Positions 20,957 through 30,708 of a DNA stretch of 64,000 nucleotides are shown here, piece by piece; the stretch's first letter is position 1, and every line of letters begins with the position of its first letter. Made by a program: the position numbers and the translations under genes. The stretch is from Candidatus Multivorans sp. Lineage in GTDB: Bacteria; Acidobacteriota; Thermoanaerobaculia; Multivoradales; Multivoraceae. The stretch spans positions 384,001-448,000 of the forward strand of contig OZ245033.1 in NCBI GenBank assembly GCA_965224025.1, in the 5' to 3' direction. The notes under the pieces were generated by a model. The model saw only the letters and a program-made list of their open reading frames with translations. It was not told the origin of the DNA and did not search any database.

Positions 20957-21159
20957 GAGGAACACTCCTCCGAATCGGAAAGCACCGACTCCGGGATTGG
21001 AGTCGAGCTGTTGTGATCCCCGCGCGGTCTGACGAGAGCACGAAGTTCTCTCCTATTGGTCCTAGGTTCGGGGAGCTACGCCAACCCGCAAGGTGAGGTG
21101 GTCCCGGAAAACTGGACAGGTGGCTAAGGTGTACTCCTCGACCTAGAGGAGGAGCCAGG

Positions 21160-21441
21160 ATGAAGAGGAAGCGTCGGAAGTTCACTGCGGCTTTCAAGTC
21201 GAAGGTGGCGCTTGAGGCGCTGCGTGAGGAGAAGCCGCTCGCGGCGATCGCATCGCGGCACCGGATTCACCCGAATCAGGTGAGCAGTTGGAAGCGGAAG
21301 GCGATCGAGGGGATGAGTGAGACCTTCTCGGCCGGGCCGGAGCGGCGCCGGGACCACGAGGAGGAGATCAGGGACCTGCACGCGAAGATCGGGGAGCTGA
21401 CGATCGAGCGGGATTTCTTGTCCAGGGGGCTCGGGCACTGA
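21160..21441 (+). CDS. IS3 transposase OrfA
   Basis: RRKFTAAFKSKVALEAL HTH, ELTIERDFL. Confidence 0.9.
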   Translation: MKRKRRKFTAAFKSKVALEALREEKPLAAIASRHRIHPNQVSSWKRKAIEGMSETFSAGPERRRDHEEEIRDLHAKIGELTIERDFLSRGLGH

Positions 21442-21461
21442 GCCGGACCGAGCGCCTGCGG

Positions 21462-22328
21462 ATGATCGAGCGGGAGACGGGTGACGTGAGCTTGAGTCGG
21501 CAGTGCCGTCTGCTCGAGATCAGCCGTTCCTCGCTGTACTACCGGCCCAAGGGCGAGAGCGCCGAGACGCTGGCCCTGATGCGCAGGATCGACGAGCTGT
21601 TCCTGCTGTACCCGTTCTACGGTTCGCGTCAGATGGTCCGCCACCTTCGCCGAGAGGGCGTTCGGGTCGGTCGTCACCGGGTGCGGCGTCTGATGCGGTT
21701 GATGGGTATCGCGGCGATCTACCGGGCGCCGCGGACCAGCAAGCCTCACCCGGAGCACAAGGTCTATCCCTATCTGCTCAGGGGGCTTTCCATCGAGCGT
21801 CCGGATCAAGTCTGGTGCTCGGACATAACGTACATTCCGGTGCGCGGCGGGTTCCTGTACCTGGTGGCGGTCATGGACTGGGCGAGCCGTCGGGTGTTGT
21901 CCTGGCGGCTGTCGAACAGCCTGGACGCATCGTTCTGCGTCGAGGCCTTCGCCGAAGCCCTCGACCGGTACGGCAAGCCGGACATCTTCAACACGGATCA
22001 GGGGAGCCAGTTCACGAGCGGCGACTTCACCGGTCTTCTCGAGAACGCGACGGTGAAGATCTCGATGGACGGCCGGGGTCGCTTCCTCGACAACATCTTC
22101 ATCGAGCGCCTGTGGCGCTCGCTGAAGTACGAGGCGGTCTACCTGAACGAACTCGTCGACGGCATCGAGGCGCGGCGGGTGATCGATGGGTGGCTCGCCT
22201 TCTACAATGAGGAGCGGCCACACACGGCGCTCGGCGGCAGGACACCTGCCGAAGCCCACCGCGGACTAATGGGCATTCCGCAGAATCGAGAGTTTTCCAC
22301 AGCCCCGGCGACGGCGGCTGCGGCGTAA
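21462..22328 (+). CDS. IS3 transposase OrfB (DDE)
   Basis: WCSDITY, NTDQGSQF, DNIFIERLWRSLKYE. Confidence 0.92.
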   Translation: MIERETGDVSLSRQCRLLEISRSSLYYRPKGESAETLALMRRIDELFLLYPFYGSRQMVRHLRREGVRVGRHRVRRLMRLMGIAAIYRAPRTSKPHPEHKVYPYLLRGLSIERPDQVWCSDITYIPVRGGFLYLVAVMDWASRRVLSWRLSNSLDASFCVEAFAEALDRYGKPDIFNTDQGSQFTSGDFTGLLENATVKISMDGRGRFLDNIFIERLWRSLKYEAVYLNELVDGIEARRVIDGWLAFYNEERPHTALGGRTPAEAHRGLMGIPQNREFSTAPATAAAA

Positions 22329-22390
22329 TCAACACATGGAGTACACCTTAGCCCGGCCTCGAAACTGTCCAAAGGACCGGGACCACCTCA

Positions 22391-22821
22391 CTCACCCGGC
22401 TGTACCCGCCCTCGTAGCCCGCCGCCCGCACCTCGTCGAACAGGCGCTTCGCCGACAGCTTGGGGAACTCCTCCAGCCGAACCACGATCAACTCCTTGTA
22501 CGGGTCCAGCTTGTGCGGAGCCCGAGGCCGCGGCGAGTACCGCGCCACGCCCGACGACAGGTCCAGGTCCAACTGGCCCGACTCGATCCATCTGTGCATC
22601 GTCCGTCGGCTGACGCCGAAGCGCCTCGACAACTCCACCTTCGAGATCCCCTGCTCCAGGTAGTGCCTCAGCAGCATCCTCGTCTCCCATCCGTGCATCT
22701 GCGCGTCGCTCCATGGCTGTTGGCGAAGCCAGCAGTATCGAACGACGAACGACCTCCGACAAACCGCAGAGTGTGCCGTTTTCGGTTGCCACGAACAGGA
22801 CATTTACAGTTGCCCCCAACA
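22391..22821 (-). mobile_element. istA: Truncated IS21 family element (left end plus istA 5' fragment 22391..22698)
   Basis: MHGWETRMLLRHYLEQG..KLDPYK..GYEGGYSRV cut at the IS3 end; terminus TGTTGGGGGCAAC with an internal GGCAAC repeat. Confidence 0.8.
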
Positions 22822-22829
22822 ACTCTCTC

Positions 22830-23115
22830 ACAGTCCCCACCGGACCCTCCGTTCGGCCCGTCGCAATCATCACGCCGCGGTCGATCTGCTGCTCGATGTG
22901 CTCGGTTAGCACGCTATCCGGGCGGAATGCCCCTCACTCCTTCGTCAACTACAGCACCATGTCGCCGGCAGCGACGACCACGGGCGGAAGCGGCGGGCCG
23001 GCGCGGTAGCCATAGGACGGGCCGAGGTAGCGGAGGCCGTGCTCGGTGAAGGCGAGCCCGGCGGACGGAGAGGGTTCGCCAACCGCCGAGGCGTTCGCCC
23101 ACGACGTCGATTGCC
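22830..23115 (-). pseudogene. Degenerate copy of the aldolase-like C-terminus of the 30709..33762 gene
   Basis: GLAFTEHGLRYLG..PPLPPVVVAAGDMVL matches GLAFAEHGPRDLG..PPLPPEVVAAGDMAL. Confidence 0.75.
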
Positions 23116-23120
23116 TGCTA

Positions 23121-24653
23121 CTACGGCTCCCCCGCAAACCGCCCAACAATCGCCCGCCCCGGCGCAACCCCCTCCACCGTCTCACCATCCCGCACCACGA
23201 ACACACCGTTCACCATCGTGTGGAGGATCCCCTCCGAGAACGACAGCCCGCCCTCGAACGTGGCGGTGTCGATCACCGTGTCCGGGTCGAAGACGACGAT
23301 GTCCGCGTCGGCGCCGACCTGGATCCGGCCCTTGCGCCTCATCTGCTCGGACATCGAGGCCACGCGGTCGGCCGGCAGGAGGGTCATCTTCAACAGGGCG
23401 GTCATCAGGTCGAGCGTGCCCCTTTCGCGGACGTAGCGGCCCAGGACCCGTGAGTAGGTGCCGGCCGTTCGGGGGTGCGCCTTCGGGGCGTAGGGCATGC
23501 CGTCGGAGGCGACGATCACCCAGTCGTTCCCGAGCGCCGTCTCGATCCACTCTTCCTTCATGAAGTGCAGGATGACCGTGCCCCGCTCGCGGCGGTAGCG
23601 CTCGAAGGTCTCCCTGGTCAGCCTCTCCCCCGTCGCCTCCCACTGGAGGCCGCCGTAGTCGATGCCCAGGCAGCCTTGCCAGCCCTCGTCGAAGATCGAG
23701 CTGTGGAGGCTGGTCGAGCCGGCCGTGTAGGGGTAGGCCTCCGTCGTCACGTCGAGCCCCAGGCGGCGCGCGCCGCCGATCAGGTCGAGCACCGTGTCGA
23801 TCTCGCCGAGGGCCATGCTGTTCACGTGCACGATGTGCAGGGGCGCCCCGGTAGCGACCGCGTTGGCCAGGACTTCCTGCATCGCCTCGATCGTCATCGA
23901 ACGGACGTGGGTGTGGATGGTGGCCCGCTTCTCGCCGGCGAACCGGAACACCTCGACGATCTCCCGGCGGCTCGCGCCGGGGTAGTACTGGACGGCGAGG
24001 CCGATCCCCAGGGCGCCTTCCTCGAGTCCCTGGTCCAGACGCTCCAGCATGGCGGGGAAGCGGTCGGGCGGCAGCTCGGAGTAGTACGTCCTGTCCGCGG
24101 CGTCGCGCTCGGCGCTGAGCGGCTCGTCGGCGGAGCTGGCCGCCGTGAAGGCCGCCTCGAGGTCCGCCCGTTCGTCCTGCGGGACGATCTCCAGGCCCCT
24201 CAACGCGCCGTGGTTGACCGTGGCGCCGTAGTTGACGAGCGACTTCCCCCGCCTGGCGTCCAGGAACGCCCCCACGTCGGCGACGCCCCACTCCAGCTCG
24301 AGCGCGGTGGTCACGCCGTCCCTTGCCTGGTACTCGCGCGACGCCGGGCCCTGGCCGTGGGCGTGGAGGTCCACGAAGCCCGGCGCCAGGACCAGCCCGG
24401 CAGCGTCGATGAGGACGCCTCCGTCGGCGAGGGACCCGGCGAGGGGTTCCTCCGTCAGGGCGGTGATGACGCCGCCGCGGATGCCCACGTTTCTGATCTC
24501 GTCGAGTCTTCGCTCGGGGTCGATGACGCGGGCGCCCTGGAAGACGATGTCGAACTGCTGGGTCGCGGCTTCGTCCGTCCCGTCGGTCGCTCCGTTGCAA
24601 CCCGCGACGAGGACCGCCGCGACGAGCCCCGACACGATGAAACCGCTCCTCAT
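23121..24653 (-). CDS. Amidohydrolase (D-aminoacylase/D-glutamate deacylase-like) lipoprotein
   Basis: APGFVDLHAH, SDG, HPRTAGT, KGRIQVGADADIVVFD; lipobox VAGC. Confidence 0.88.
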   Translation of the reverse strand: MRSGFIVSGLVAAVLVAGCNGATDGTDEAATQQFDIVFQGARVIDPERRLDEIRNVGIRGGVITALTEEPLAGSLADGGVLIDAAGLVLAPGFVDLHAHGQGPASREYQARDGVTTALELEWGVADVGAFLDARRGKSLVNYGATVNHGALRGLEIVPQDERADLEAAFTAASSADEPLSAERDAADRTYYSELPPDRFPAMLERLDQGLEEGALGIGLAVQYYPGASRREIVEVFRFAGEKRATIHTHVRSMTIEAMQEVLANAVATGAPLHIVHVNSMALGEIDTVLDLIGGARRLGLDVTTEAYPYTAGSTSLHSSIFDEGWQGCLGIDYGGLQWEATGERLTRETFERYRRERGTVILHFMKEEWIETALGNDWVIVASDGMPYAPKAHPRTAGTYSRVLGRYVRERGTLDLMTALLKMTLLPADRVASMSEQMRRKGRIQVGADADIVVFDPDTVIDTATFEGGLSFSEGILHTMVNGVFVVRDGETVEGVAPGRAIVGRFAGEP

Positions 24654-25090
24654 CCCGACGTCTCTCGCAGGGGGTTCTTCCATCGAAGGCCCTCGAAGCG
24701 CGCGAAGTCGCCGTCACAGGACACCAGCGTCGCGTCGTGGGTGATGGCGCACGCCGCGAGGTGCGCATCGGTTGTCAGATTCCCGGCCGTTCCCGTGTAG
24801 TCGAGCAGACCCCGTAGCGCGGGCCAGTGGTCGGCTTTCTCCGTGACGACCGTGACGACATGCGCGTCCAACCACTGTTCCACTCTGTCGAGCGCCTCGT
24901 CGACCGGCAACGGCGCCGGGAACACCCGCGGGTTTGTCGCTATCCGGACAAAGCCCAGCAAGACGATCCACGGCAGACCCACCGTCTCGTCCCCGTCCAG
25001 CGCATCCTCCAACCAGGAGCGGACCGGCTCGTGGTTCTCGGCGTCCTCGTTGACGGAGTACAGAAGGACGTTGACGTCGACGATCATCAT
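24650..25090 (-). CDS. vapC: VapC PIN-domain toxin
   Basis: IVDVNVLLY, GNLTTDAHLAA, DGDFARF. Confidence 0.9.
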   Translation of the reverse strand: MMIVDVNVLLYSVNEDAENHEPVRSWLEDALDGDETVGLPWIVLLGFVRIATNPRVFPAPLPVDEALDRVEQWLDAHVVTVVTEKADHWPALRGLLDYTGTAGNLTTDAHLAACAITHDATLVSCDGDFARFEGLRWKNPLRETSG

Positions 25091-25097
25091 GGGGCTG

Positions 25098-25361
25098 TCA
25101 TTTCCTCACGGAGAGCTTGCGGACGATCTCTTCATCCTCGAGCGCAGCGGCGAGCGAGAGCGCCTTGTCCAGATCGACCCGGGCCCGGCCCATGCGCGCG
25201 GTTGCCTGTCGAAACCTCGGCCGGCGGGCGGCCGCCGTCTCCGCGGCCAGGCCGGACCGCAACAGCCGGTTCAGCATGCGAGTCATGCTCAGGCCCTCCT
25301 CCTCGGAGCGAGTGCGCAGTGCCTCCATGAGGTTGTCGTCTATCCGCACCGTACTCCGCAT
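25098..25361 (-). CDS. vapB: VapB-type ribbon-helix-helix antitoxin
   Basis: MRSTVRIDD..LDKALSLAAALEDEE directly upstream of vapC. Confidence 0.85.
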   Translation of the reverse strand: MRSTVRIDDNLMEALRTRSEEEGLSMTRMLNRLLRSGLAAETAAARRPRFRQATARMGRARVDLDKALSLAAALEDEEIVRKLSVRK

Positions 25362-25479
25362 GATGTCATCGCCTCCATGCTTGTGATGCCGTGACATCAC
25401 CAGTTGTTCGCCAGATTGTCAAGCGTGGCGCATGGAACTGGCCGTGGGCATGGATGTCCAACCCCCAATCCGCCCGATG

Positions 25480-25589
25480 GTATACACGACCTCACGGAAG
25501 GCCTCATCCGGCGGGGTTACTCCGATGCCGACATCCGAGGCATCCTGGGCGGCAACTTCCGCCGCGTTCTTGAGGAGATCTGGGGATGA
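25480..25589 (+). pseudogene. Membrane dipeptidase (M19) C-terminal fragment
   Basis: DLTEGLIRRGYSDADIRGILGGNFRRVL. Confidence 0.7.
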
Positions 25590-25624
25590 GACAACTGCAC
25601 ATCGCGGCGGGGTTGTAGCTCGAC

Positions 25625-27166
25625 ATGCGCAAGGCAGTCGTTCCCCTTGTCGGCTTCCTGGGCCTGGCGGCTCTGGGCTGCGGCACCGTGCAGTTCGCGC
25701 GAGCGCTCGCGCAGGCAGGCCAGGCGGCCCCCGATGCCGCCGGCGCCGTCCACACCGTCTACTACCGGGCCGGCGAGGGGTTCGTCCCGGCCCGCGTCGA
25801 CTTGGAGACCGGGGACCGGGTCGTCCTGGTCAACGAATCCGGCGAACCGCTGACTCCCCTGTTCGCCGGCCGGCACGACCACGGCCACTCCGGGGGCGCA
25901 ACGGACGCTGACGCCGACCACGGCGCTCACAACGACCACAACGACCACGCCCCGACCACGGATCCCGGCGTGCCTGCCTGGGAAGCCCGCCCCGGTGAAT
26001 CGGGCAGCGGCCGATGGGAGCACTCGTTCGATGTCAGCGGCTACTGGCGCTTCCACAACGAGTTGAATCCCGACCACGCCGGCCTGGTCGTGGCGCTCTC
26101 GGGGTCGGACGCTCAACTCGAACCCCTGGTCATGGAACACCACGAGCACTCCTTTCCCGACCCGCCCCAGCCGACCGTCCAGGAGTACGCGGAGATCCTC
26201 CAGGATCGCGAGGCCCTGCGGAAGTACATGGTGACGTACGGCCCGGAGAACGCGCTGGAGGCGCTGCGGCGAGCGAAGATCCAGACCGGCATGGACTGCC
26301 ACCACAGTGCTCATCACCTGGGGCGGATGGCTTTCGCCGAGTACGGGCCGCCGGCTTCCGCCGCCGTGGCGGATGCCTGCCAGTCCGGGATGCGCCACGG
26401 CCTGATCGAGCAGCTCTTCGTGACTCGCGGCATAGCCAACCTCGCGGAAGACGTCGACTCGATCTGCCCCCCGGAGGGTCAGGCGTTCTCCCGCTACCAA
26501 TGTCTCCACGGGGTCGGCCACGGCGTGATGGCCTGGACCGCCTACGAACTCGAGGACGCGCTCGAACTCTGCGAACTTCTCGACGACGACTGGAGCCAGC
26601 GTTCCTGCTACACCGGCGTGTTCATGGAGAACGTGGCCGGGGGCCTCTCCGCTAGTGGTCGGTCCTCCCCCTACGTGGATCGGGAGGACCCCCACTATCC
26701 CTGCAACAGCCTGCCCGAGCGCCATGTCGATGACTGCTACTGGTACCAGACGTCACAGATGCTCCGCGTCTTCAACCATGATCTGACGCGGGGCGCGCGA
26801 GCCTGTGCGGAGGCCCCTCCGGCCGGCCGCAGGGCATGTTTCGGAAGCTACGGGCGGGACGTGAGCGGCATCTACCGGACCAGCCCGCACCGCATCGTCC
26901 AGTTCTGCGACGAGGCCCCCAGCAGCCTGTTCCGGGGTGACTGCATCGACGGGGCCGCGCGAACGCTGTTCTGGGATGCGACCCAGCAGGGAATCGGCCT
27001 CATGCTGTGCGAAACCGTTGAGGACCGGGTGATCGCCGACACCTGCTACGAGTCCATCCTCCTCCAGGCCCACTCGGTTCTCCCGAGAGCGGAGCTCGAA
27101 CCGTTCTGCCGCCAGGTGCCTGACCATTGGCAGGACCGGTGCCGGCAGCCGCTGGCCAGTCCCTAG
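25625..27166 (+). CDS. Secreted cupredoxin-like plus Cys/His-repeat protein
   Basis: GFVPARVDLETGDRV, His-rich insert, DCHHSAHHLG, CQSGMRHG, CLHGVGHG, CYTGVFME. Confidence 0.7.
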   Translation: MRKAVVPLVGFLGLAALGCGTVQFARALAQAGQAAPDAAGAVHTVYYRAGEGFVPARVDLETGDRVVLVNESGEPLTPLFAGRHDHGHSGGATDADADHGAHNDHNDHAPTTDPGVPAWEARPGESGSGRWEHSFDVSGYWRFHNELNPDHAGLVVALSGSDAQLEPLVMEHHEHSFPDPPQPTVQEYAEILQDREALRKYMVTYGPENALEALRRAKIQTGMDCHHSAHHLGRMAFAEYGPPASAAVADACQSGMRHGLIEQLFVTRGIANLAEDVDSICPPEGQAFSRYQCLHGVGHGVMAWTAYELEDALELCELLDDDWSQRSCYTGVFMENVAGGLSASGRSSPYVDREDPHYPCNSLPERHVDDCYWYQTSQMLRVFNHDLTRGARACAEAPPAGRRACFGSYGRDVSGIYRTSPHRIVQFCDEAPSSLFRGDCIDGAARTLFWDATQQGIGLMLCETVEDRVIADTCYESILLQAHSVLPRAELEPFCRQVPDHWQDRCRQPLASP

Positions 27167-27218
27167 GGACGCATCTCGATGAACCACTCCCCCACAACAC
27201 CGCTCCGGCGCGCGCCGC

Positions 27219-28382
27219 TCGGGCCTGCCCAGGCACGACCTGTACTGGCTGGCCACGGGCAAGAGCCGCGCCGAGCTGATGGCCGGTCTCCACCGCCTGG
27301 AGCCGTCCGCCTCCTTCAGGAGCAAGTACCAGTACCAGAACCTGATGTTCCTCACCGCCGGCGTGGTCGCTGAACGGATCGGCGGCAAGTCCTGGGAGGA
27401 GCTCGTCGAGGAGCGGATCTTCCGCCCCCTCGGCATGGAGCGGGCCAACTTCTCCGTCGACCGGATGCAGCAGGACGACGACTTCTCCTACGGCTACGGC
27501 GCGGAGCAGGAGATCGAGCGGGTGCGCCGCGTACGCCGAGTGCCGTTCCGCAACATCGACGCCATCGGGCCCGCCGGTTCGATCAACACGTCCGCCCGGG
27601 AGCTCGCCCGCTACGTGCTGTTCCACCTCGCCTACGGGAAGGTCGGCGACACGCAGCTCCTGAAGGAGGAGTCGGCGAGGCTCATGCAGCTACCGCAGAT
27701 GGTGATGACCGGGCCGCTCCGGGAGCGGCTGAAGGATGGCCCGGAGATCAGCGATCCCACCTACGGGCTGGGCCTCATGGTGGGCGGCTACCGGGGCCGC
27801 AAGCACATCAGCCACGGGGGCGGCATCGACGGCTTCATCTCCGCGATGGAGTGGCTGCCCGACGAGCAGATCGGCGTCGTCGCGCTCTCCAACACGTCGC
27901 ACACCGGGACGGTGCCCGCGCTCGTCGTGCGCAACGCGTTCGACCGGTTGCTCGGCCTCGAGCCCATCGACTGGGCCGCCAGGGCGCGCAAGCGCGAAGC
28001 CGAAGCGAAGGCGAAAGTCGAGGAGGCGAAGAAGGCCGATCTCGCGGCGGCGGTGGCGGACACCAGTCCGTCGCACGCGCTCGCCGACTACGCCGGCGAC
28101 TACGAGCACCCCGGCTACGGCAAGGCCTCCGTGCGAGTCGCCTCCGTCCGAGGCGATGATGACGGCCTGGTCCTCGACGTCGTCGGCATCGAGATTCCGC
28201 TCCAGCACTACCACTACGACGTGTGGAGCGTCCCCTACGGCCTTCCCGACGACCGGCTCGCCTCGGGATTCGGCGGGCTCAAGGTCCGCTTCGACTACGA
28301 CGACGCCGGGGCGATCAACGCCGTTTCGGCGCCGCTCGAGCCGGCCATCCCGCCCATCCGCTTCGAGCGCGCCGGCGACTGA
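27219..28382 (+). pseudogene. Serine hydrolase (beta-lactamase family, DUF3471), 5'-truncated
   Basis: Begins at SGLPRHD; has YQYQN, HGGGIDGF and YAGDYEHPGYG but lacks SxxK. Confidence 0.8.
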
Positions 28383-28399
28383 CCCCCGAGGCACCCACG

Positions 28400-29683
28400 A
28401 TGCCGGACCGGGCGCCGACTCGCTTCCACACCCTCGTCCTGCCGGCGATCATCGCCCAGTCGATGATCATCGGCGGCGGCTACGCCACGGGCCGGGAGGT
28501 CGTCGAGTACGCCGGCCGCTTCGGCAACCGGGGATGGCTGGCCGTCGCGATCATCACCGTCTGCTTCGCCGTCGTCATGGCGCTGTCCTTCGAGCTGGCG
28601 CGGCTCGCCGGGGCGTACGACTACAAGACGTGGAGCCGGAACCTGGTCGGCCCGTTCTGGTGGCTCGTCGACCTGTTGATTCTGAGCATGATGATGCTCG
28701 TGATCGCGGTGATGACCGCGGCGATCGGTGAGGTGCTGCAGCAGACGGTCGGGCTTCCGAAGCTGCTGAGCCTGGCGATCGCACTTGTGTGCGTCGGGTT
28801 TCTGTCGTGGCGGGGGTCCGGCTTCATCGAGAAGGCGAAGACCTGGGGGAGTGCGGCTCTGTATCTGGGGTATTGCGCGTTCGCGGTGCTGGTGTTGACG
28901 GCGCCGGGTGAGGCGGCGGGTGCGCGGCCGGTGGCGGAGGCGGTCGCGCAGCCGGTGGCGGAGGCGGTCGCGCAGCCGGTGGCGGAGGCGGCGACGGCCG
29001 CGGCCGCCACGGCCGCGACGACCGAAGGAGGCGTACTGGAGGTGATCGTCGCGGCTGTCTTGTACGTCGCCTACAACGTCGCCGTTGTGCCGGCTGTGCT
29101 CTTCTGCCTCCACCGCCAGACCCGGAGGAGCGAGACCTTCTCGTCAGGGGCTCTTGCCGGGGTTGCGATGACGGTGCCGTTCGCGCTGACCCTGGCGTGC
29201 CTTCTCCGGTCTCCGCAGGCCTCCGTGATGGAGGCGGAAGTGCCCTGGCTGCCGCTGATCGGGGCCGCGGCCGATGGCCGCGCCGGCGGGGCTGCGCTGT
29301 GGATCGCGATCTTCGGCTTGGTCGCCGGCTGGACGCTGATCGAGACCGCCGTCGGTTCGATTCATGCGCTCCTGAGGCGGGTCGAGAGCAACCTCGACGA
29401 CCTGCCGCGCCGGTGGATGCCTGCTTCGGGGAGGCTGACGCGGGTGCAGAAGGCGGGGACGGCGGTTGGAGTGCTCGTGGCCGCGGCGGGGCTGTCGACG
29501 TTCGGGATCATCGATCTGGTTGCCAGGGGCTACGGCACGCTGGCTTGGGGGTTCATTGCCCTGGTGGTGGTGCCGCTGTTTGTTGTGGTGCCGTGGCGGG
29601 CGTTCAGGGGTGCCGGCCTTCCGGCCGGCATCAGCCGGAACTCGACGCGGCAGCCGGAGCGGACCGAGACAGGTCGACCTTGA
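28400..29683 (+). CDS. Polytopic membrane protein (YkvI-like permease)
   Basis: IGGGYATGREVVEY and many hydrophobic segments. Confidence 0.8.
   Translation: MPDRAPTRFHTLVLPAIIAQSMIIGGGYATGREVVEYAGRFGNRGWLAVAIITVCFAVVMALSFELARLAGAYDYKTWSRNLVGPFWWLVDLLILSMMMLVIAVMTAAIGEVLQQTVGLPKLLSLAIALVCVGFLSWRGSGFIEKAKTWGSAALYLGYCAFAVLVLTAPGEAAGARPVAEAVAQPVAEAVAQPVAEAATAAAATAATTEGGVLEVIVAAVLYVAYNVAVVPAVLFCLHRQTRRSETFSSGALAGVAMTVPFALTLACLLRSPQASVMEAEVPWLPLIGAAADGRAGGAALWIAIFGLVAGWTLIETAVGSIHALLRRVESNLDDLPRRWMPASGRLTRVQKAGTAVGVLVAAAGLSTFGIIDLVARGYGTLAWGFIALVVVPLFVVVPWRAFRGAGLPAGISRNSTRQPERTETGRP
28927..28991 (+). repeat. 24-bp tandem repeat (PVAEAVAQ, about 2.7 copies) in the membrane protein
   Basis: GCCGGTGGCGGAGGCGGTCGCGCA repeated. 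Confidence 0.9.
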
Positions 29684-29960
29684 CGGTGACCCTGGCGTTG
29701 GCGTCCAAGGCGGCCAACATCTTCATCAGCCGATCCAGCGTGAAGCGCCCGAGATCGGCGTTGCGGATGCGGGAGAAGTCCGCCGCGGCGAACCCTGTGA
29801 GACTCGCCGCCTTGCGCACGACGAGACCACGGTCGTCCAACACCGCGATGATCTGTGCAGCAAGGACAGCCTTGGCCTGCTTGAGATCGGCCTGAGGCTC
29901 GCCGAGGTCTCGGAAGACGTTCCCACTTCCGTGGACAAGCTCGATGTCTTTCTCACTCAA
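29631..29960 (-). CDS. XRE/HigA-like HTH antitoxin
   Basis: GSGNVFRDLG, ADFSRIRNADLGRFTLDRL. Confidence 0.85.
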   Translation of the reverse strand: MSEKDIELVHGSGNVFRDLGEPQADLKQAKAVLAAQIIAVLDDRGLVVRKAASLTGFAAADFSRIRNADLGRFTLDRLMKMLAALDANARVTVKVDLSRSAPAAASSSG

Positions 29961-30080
29961 GGTAGTAGCTCCTCTCTCAGCCGAGCCAAACGCGTCCGGA
30001 CCAGGTCGATCTCACGTTTCGGAGTCTTGATCCCCGTCTTCGACTTCTTCTCGAACGCGCGCAGCACCCACAGCGCGCCG
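29957..30080 (-). pseudogene. RelE/Gp49-like toxin C-terminal fragment
   Basis: LWVLRAFEKKSKTGIKTPKREIDLVRTRL, with its stop overlapping the antitoxin start. Confidence 0.75.
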
Positions 30081-30082
30081 GA

Positions 30083-30679
30083 GTGACGGCAGAGAACGCG
30101 GAGCTACACTACCGGCATGGGGATCCCTGCCGGATACTGGAAGAAGCCGGCTTCGCGCCCGGACAGGCCCGTGCCCTGCCCGACCTCATCGCCGACCGGG
30201 AGAGCAGGCTCGTGACGAGCGAAAGCATGACCACCTACGAAAACGACGTTGCGATCCTCAAGAGCGATCTGGGCGAGCTGAAGGTGAGGATGGCGTCGGT
30301 CGAGGAACGTATCGATGGCCTCGTCATGGTCGTCGAGGGCCTTCGGCAGGAGGTCGAGGGTCTCCGGCAGGAGGTCAGGGAAAGGAACGACGCGCTCCGG
30401 CTCGAGTTGACGGCCAAGTTCGAGGCCCTGGAAGCACGCATCGACCGCCGCATGAGCGCCCTGGCCGGCCGCATCGGCAGCCTGGACGGCCGCATCGGCA
30501 GCCTGGCCGGCCGCATCGGCAACCTGGACGGCCGCATCGGCAGCCTGGAGGGCAAGATGGACGGCCTGCTAAGTGAACTCCGGACGCTGAAGTGGACACT
30601 CGGCATCCTCGTCGGCCTCGCGGTGGCCCTTGGCGCGCCGGTCGCGGCCGCCCTGGTTCGGCTCGCCTTCTTCGCCTAG
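30083..30679 (+). CDS. Membrane-anchored coiled-coil protein (DUF1640-like)
   Basis: LEEAGFAPGQARA head, heptad repeats, C-terminal TM helix; start uncertain. Confidence 0.7.
   Translation: MTAENAELHYRHGDPCRILEEAGFAPGQARALPDLIADRESRLVTSESMTTYENDVAILKSDLGELKVRMASVEERIDGLVMVVEGLRQEVEGLRQEVRERNDALRLELTAKFEALEARIDRRMSALAGRIGSLDGRIGSLAGRIGNLDGRIGSLEGKMDGLLSELRTLKWTLGILVGLAVALGAPVAAALVRLAFFA
30461..30544 (+). repeat. 21-bp tandem repeat x4 (LxGRIGS heptads)
   Basis: CTGG[C/A]CGGCCGCATCGGCA[G/A]C x4. Confidence 0.9.
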
Positions 30680-30708
30680 TTCCCCGCTTCGCGCGCCGGC
30701 CGGCGCCC

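Larger units (their letters stand above)
21094..22390 (+). mobile_element. IS3 family insertion sequence
   Basis: Terminal IRs TGAGGTGGTCCCGG..TGGACAG at both ends, orfA/orfB in -1 frame; no target duplication visible. Confidence 0.92.
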
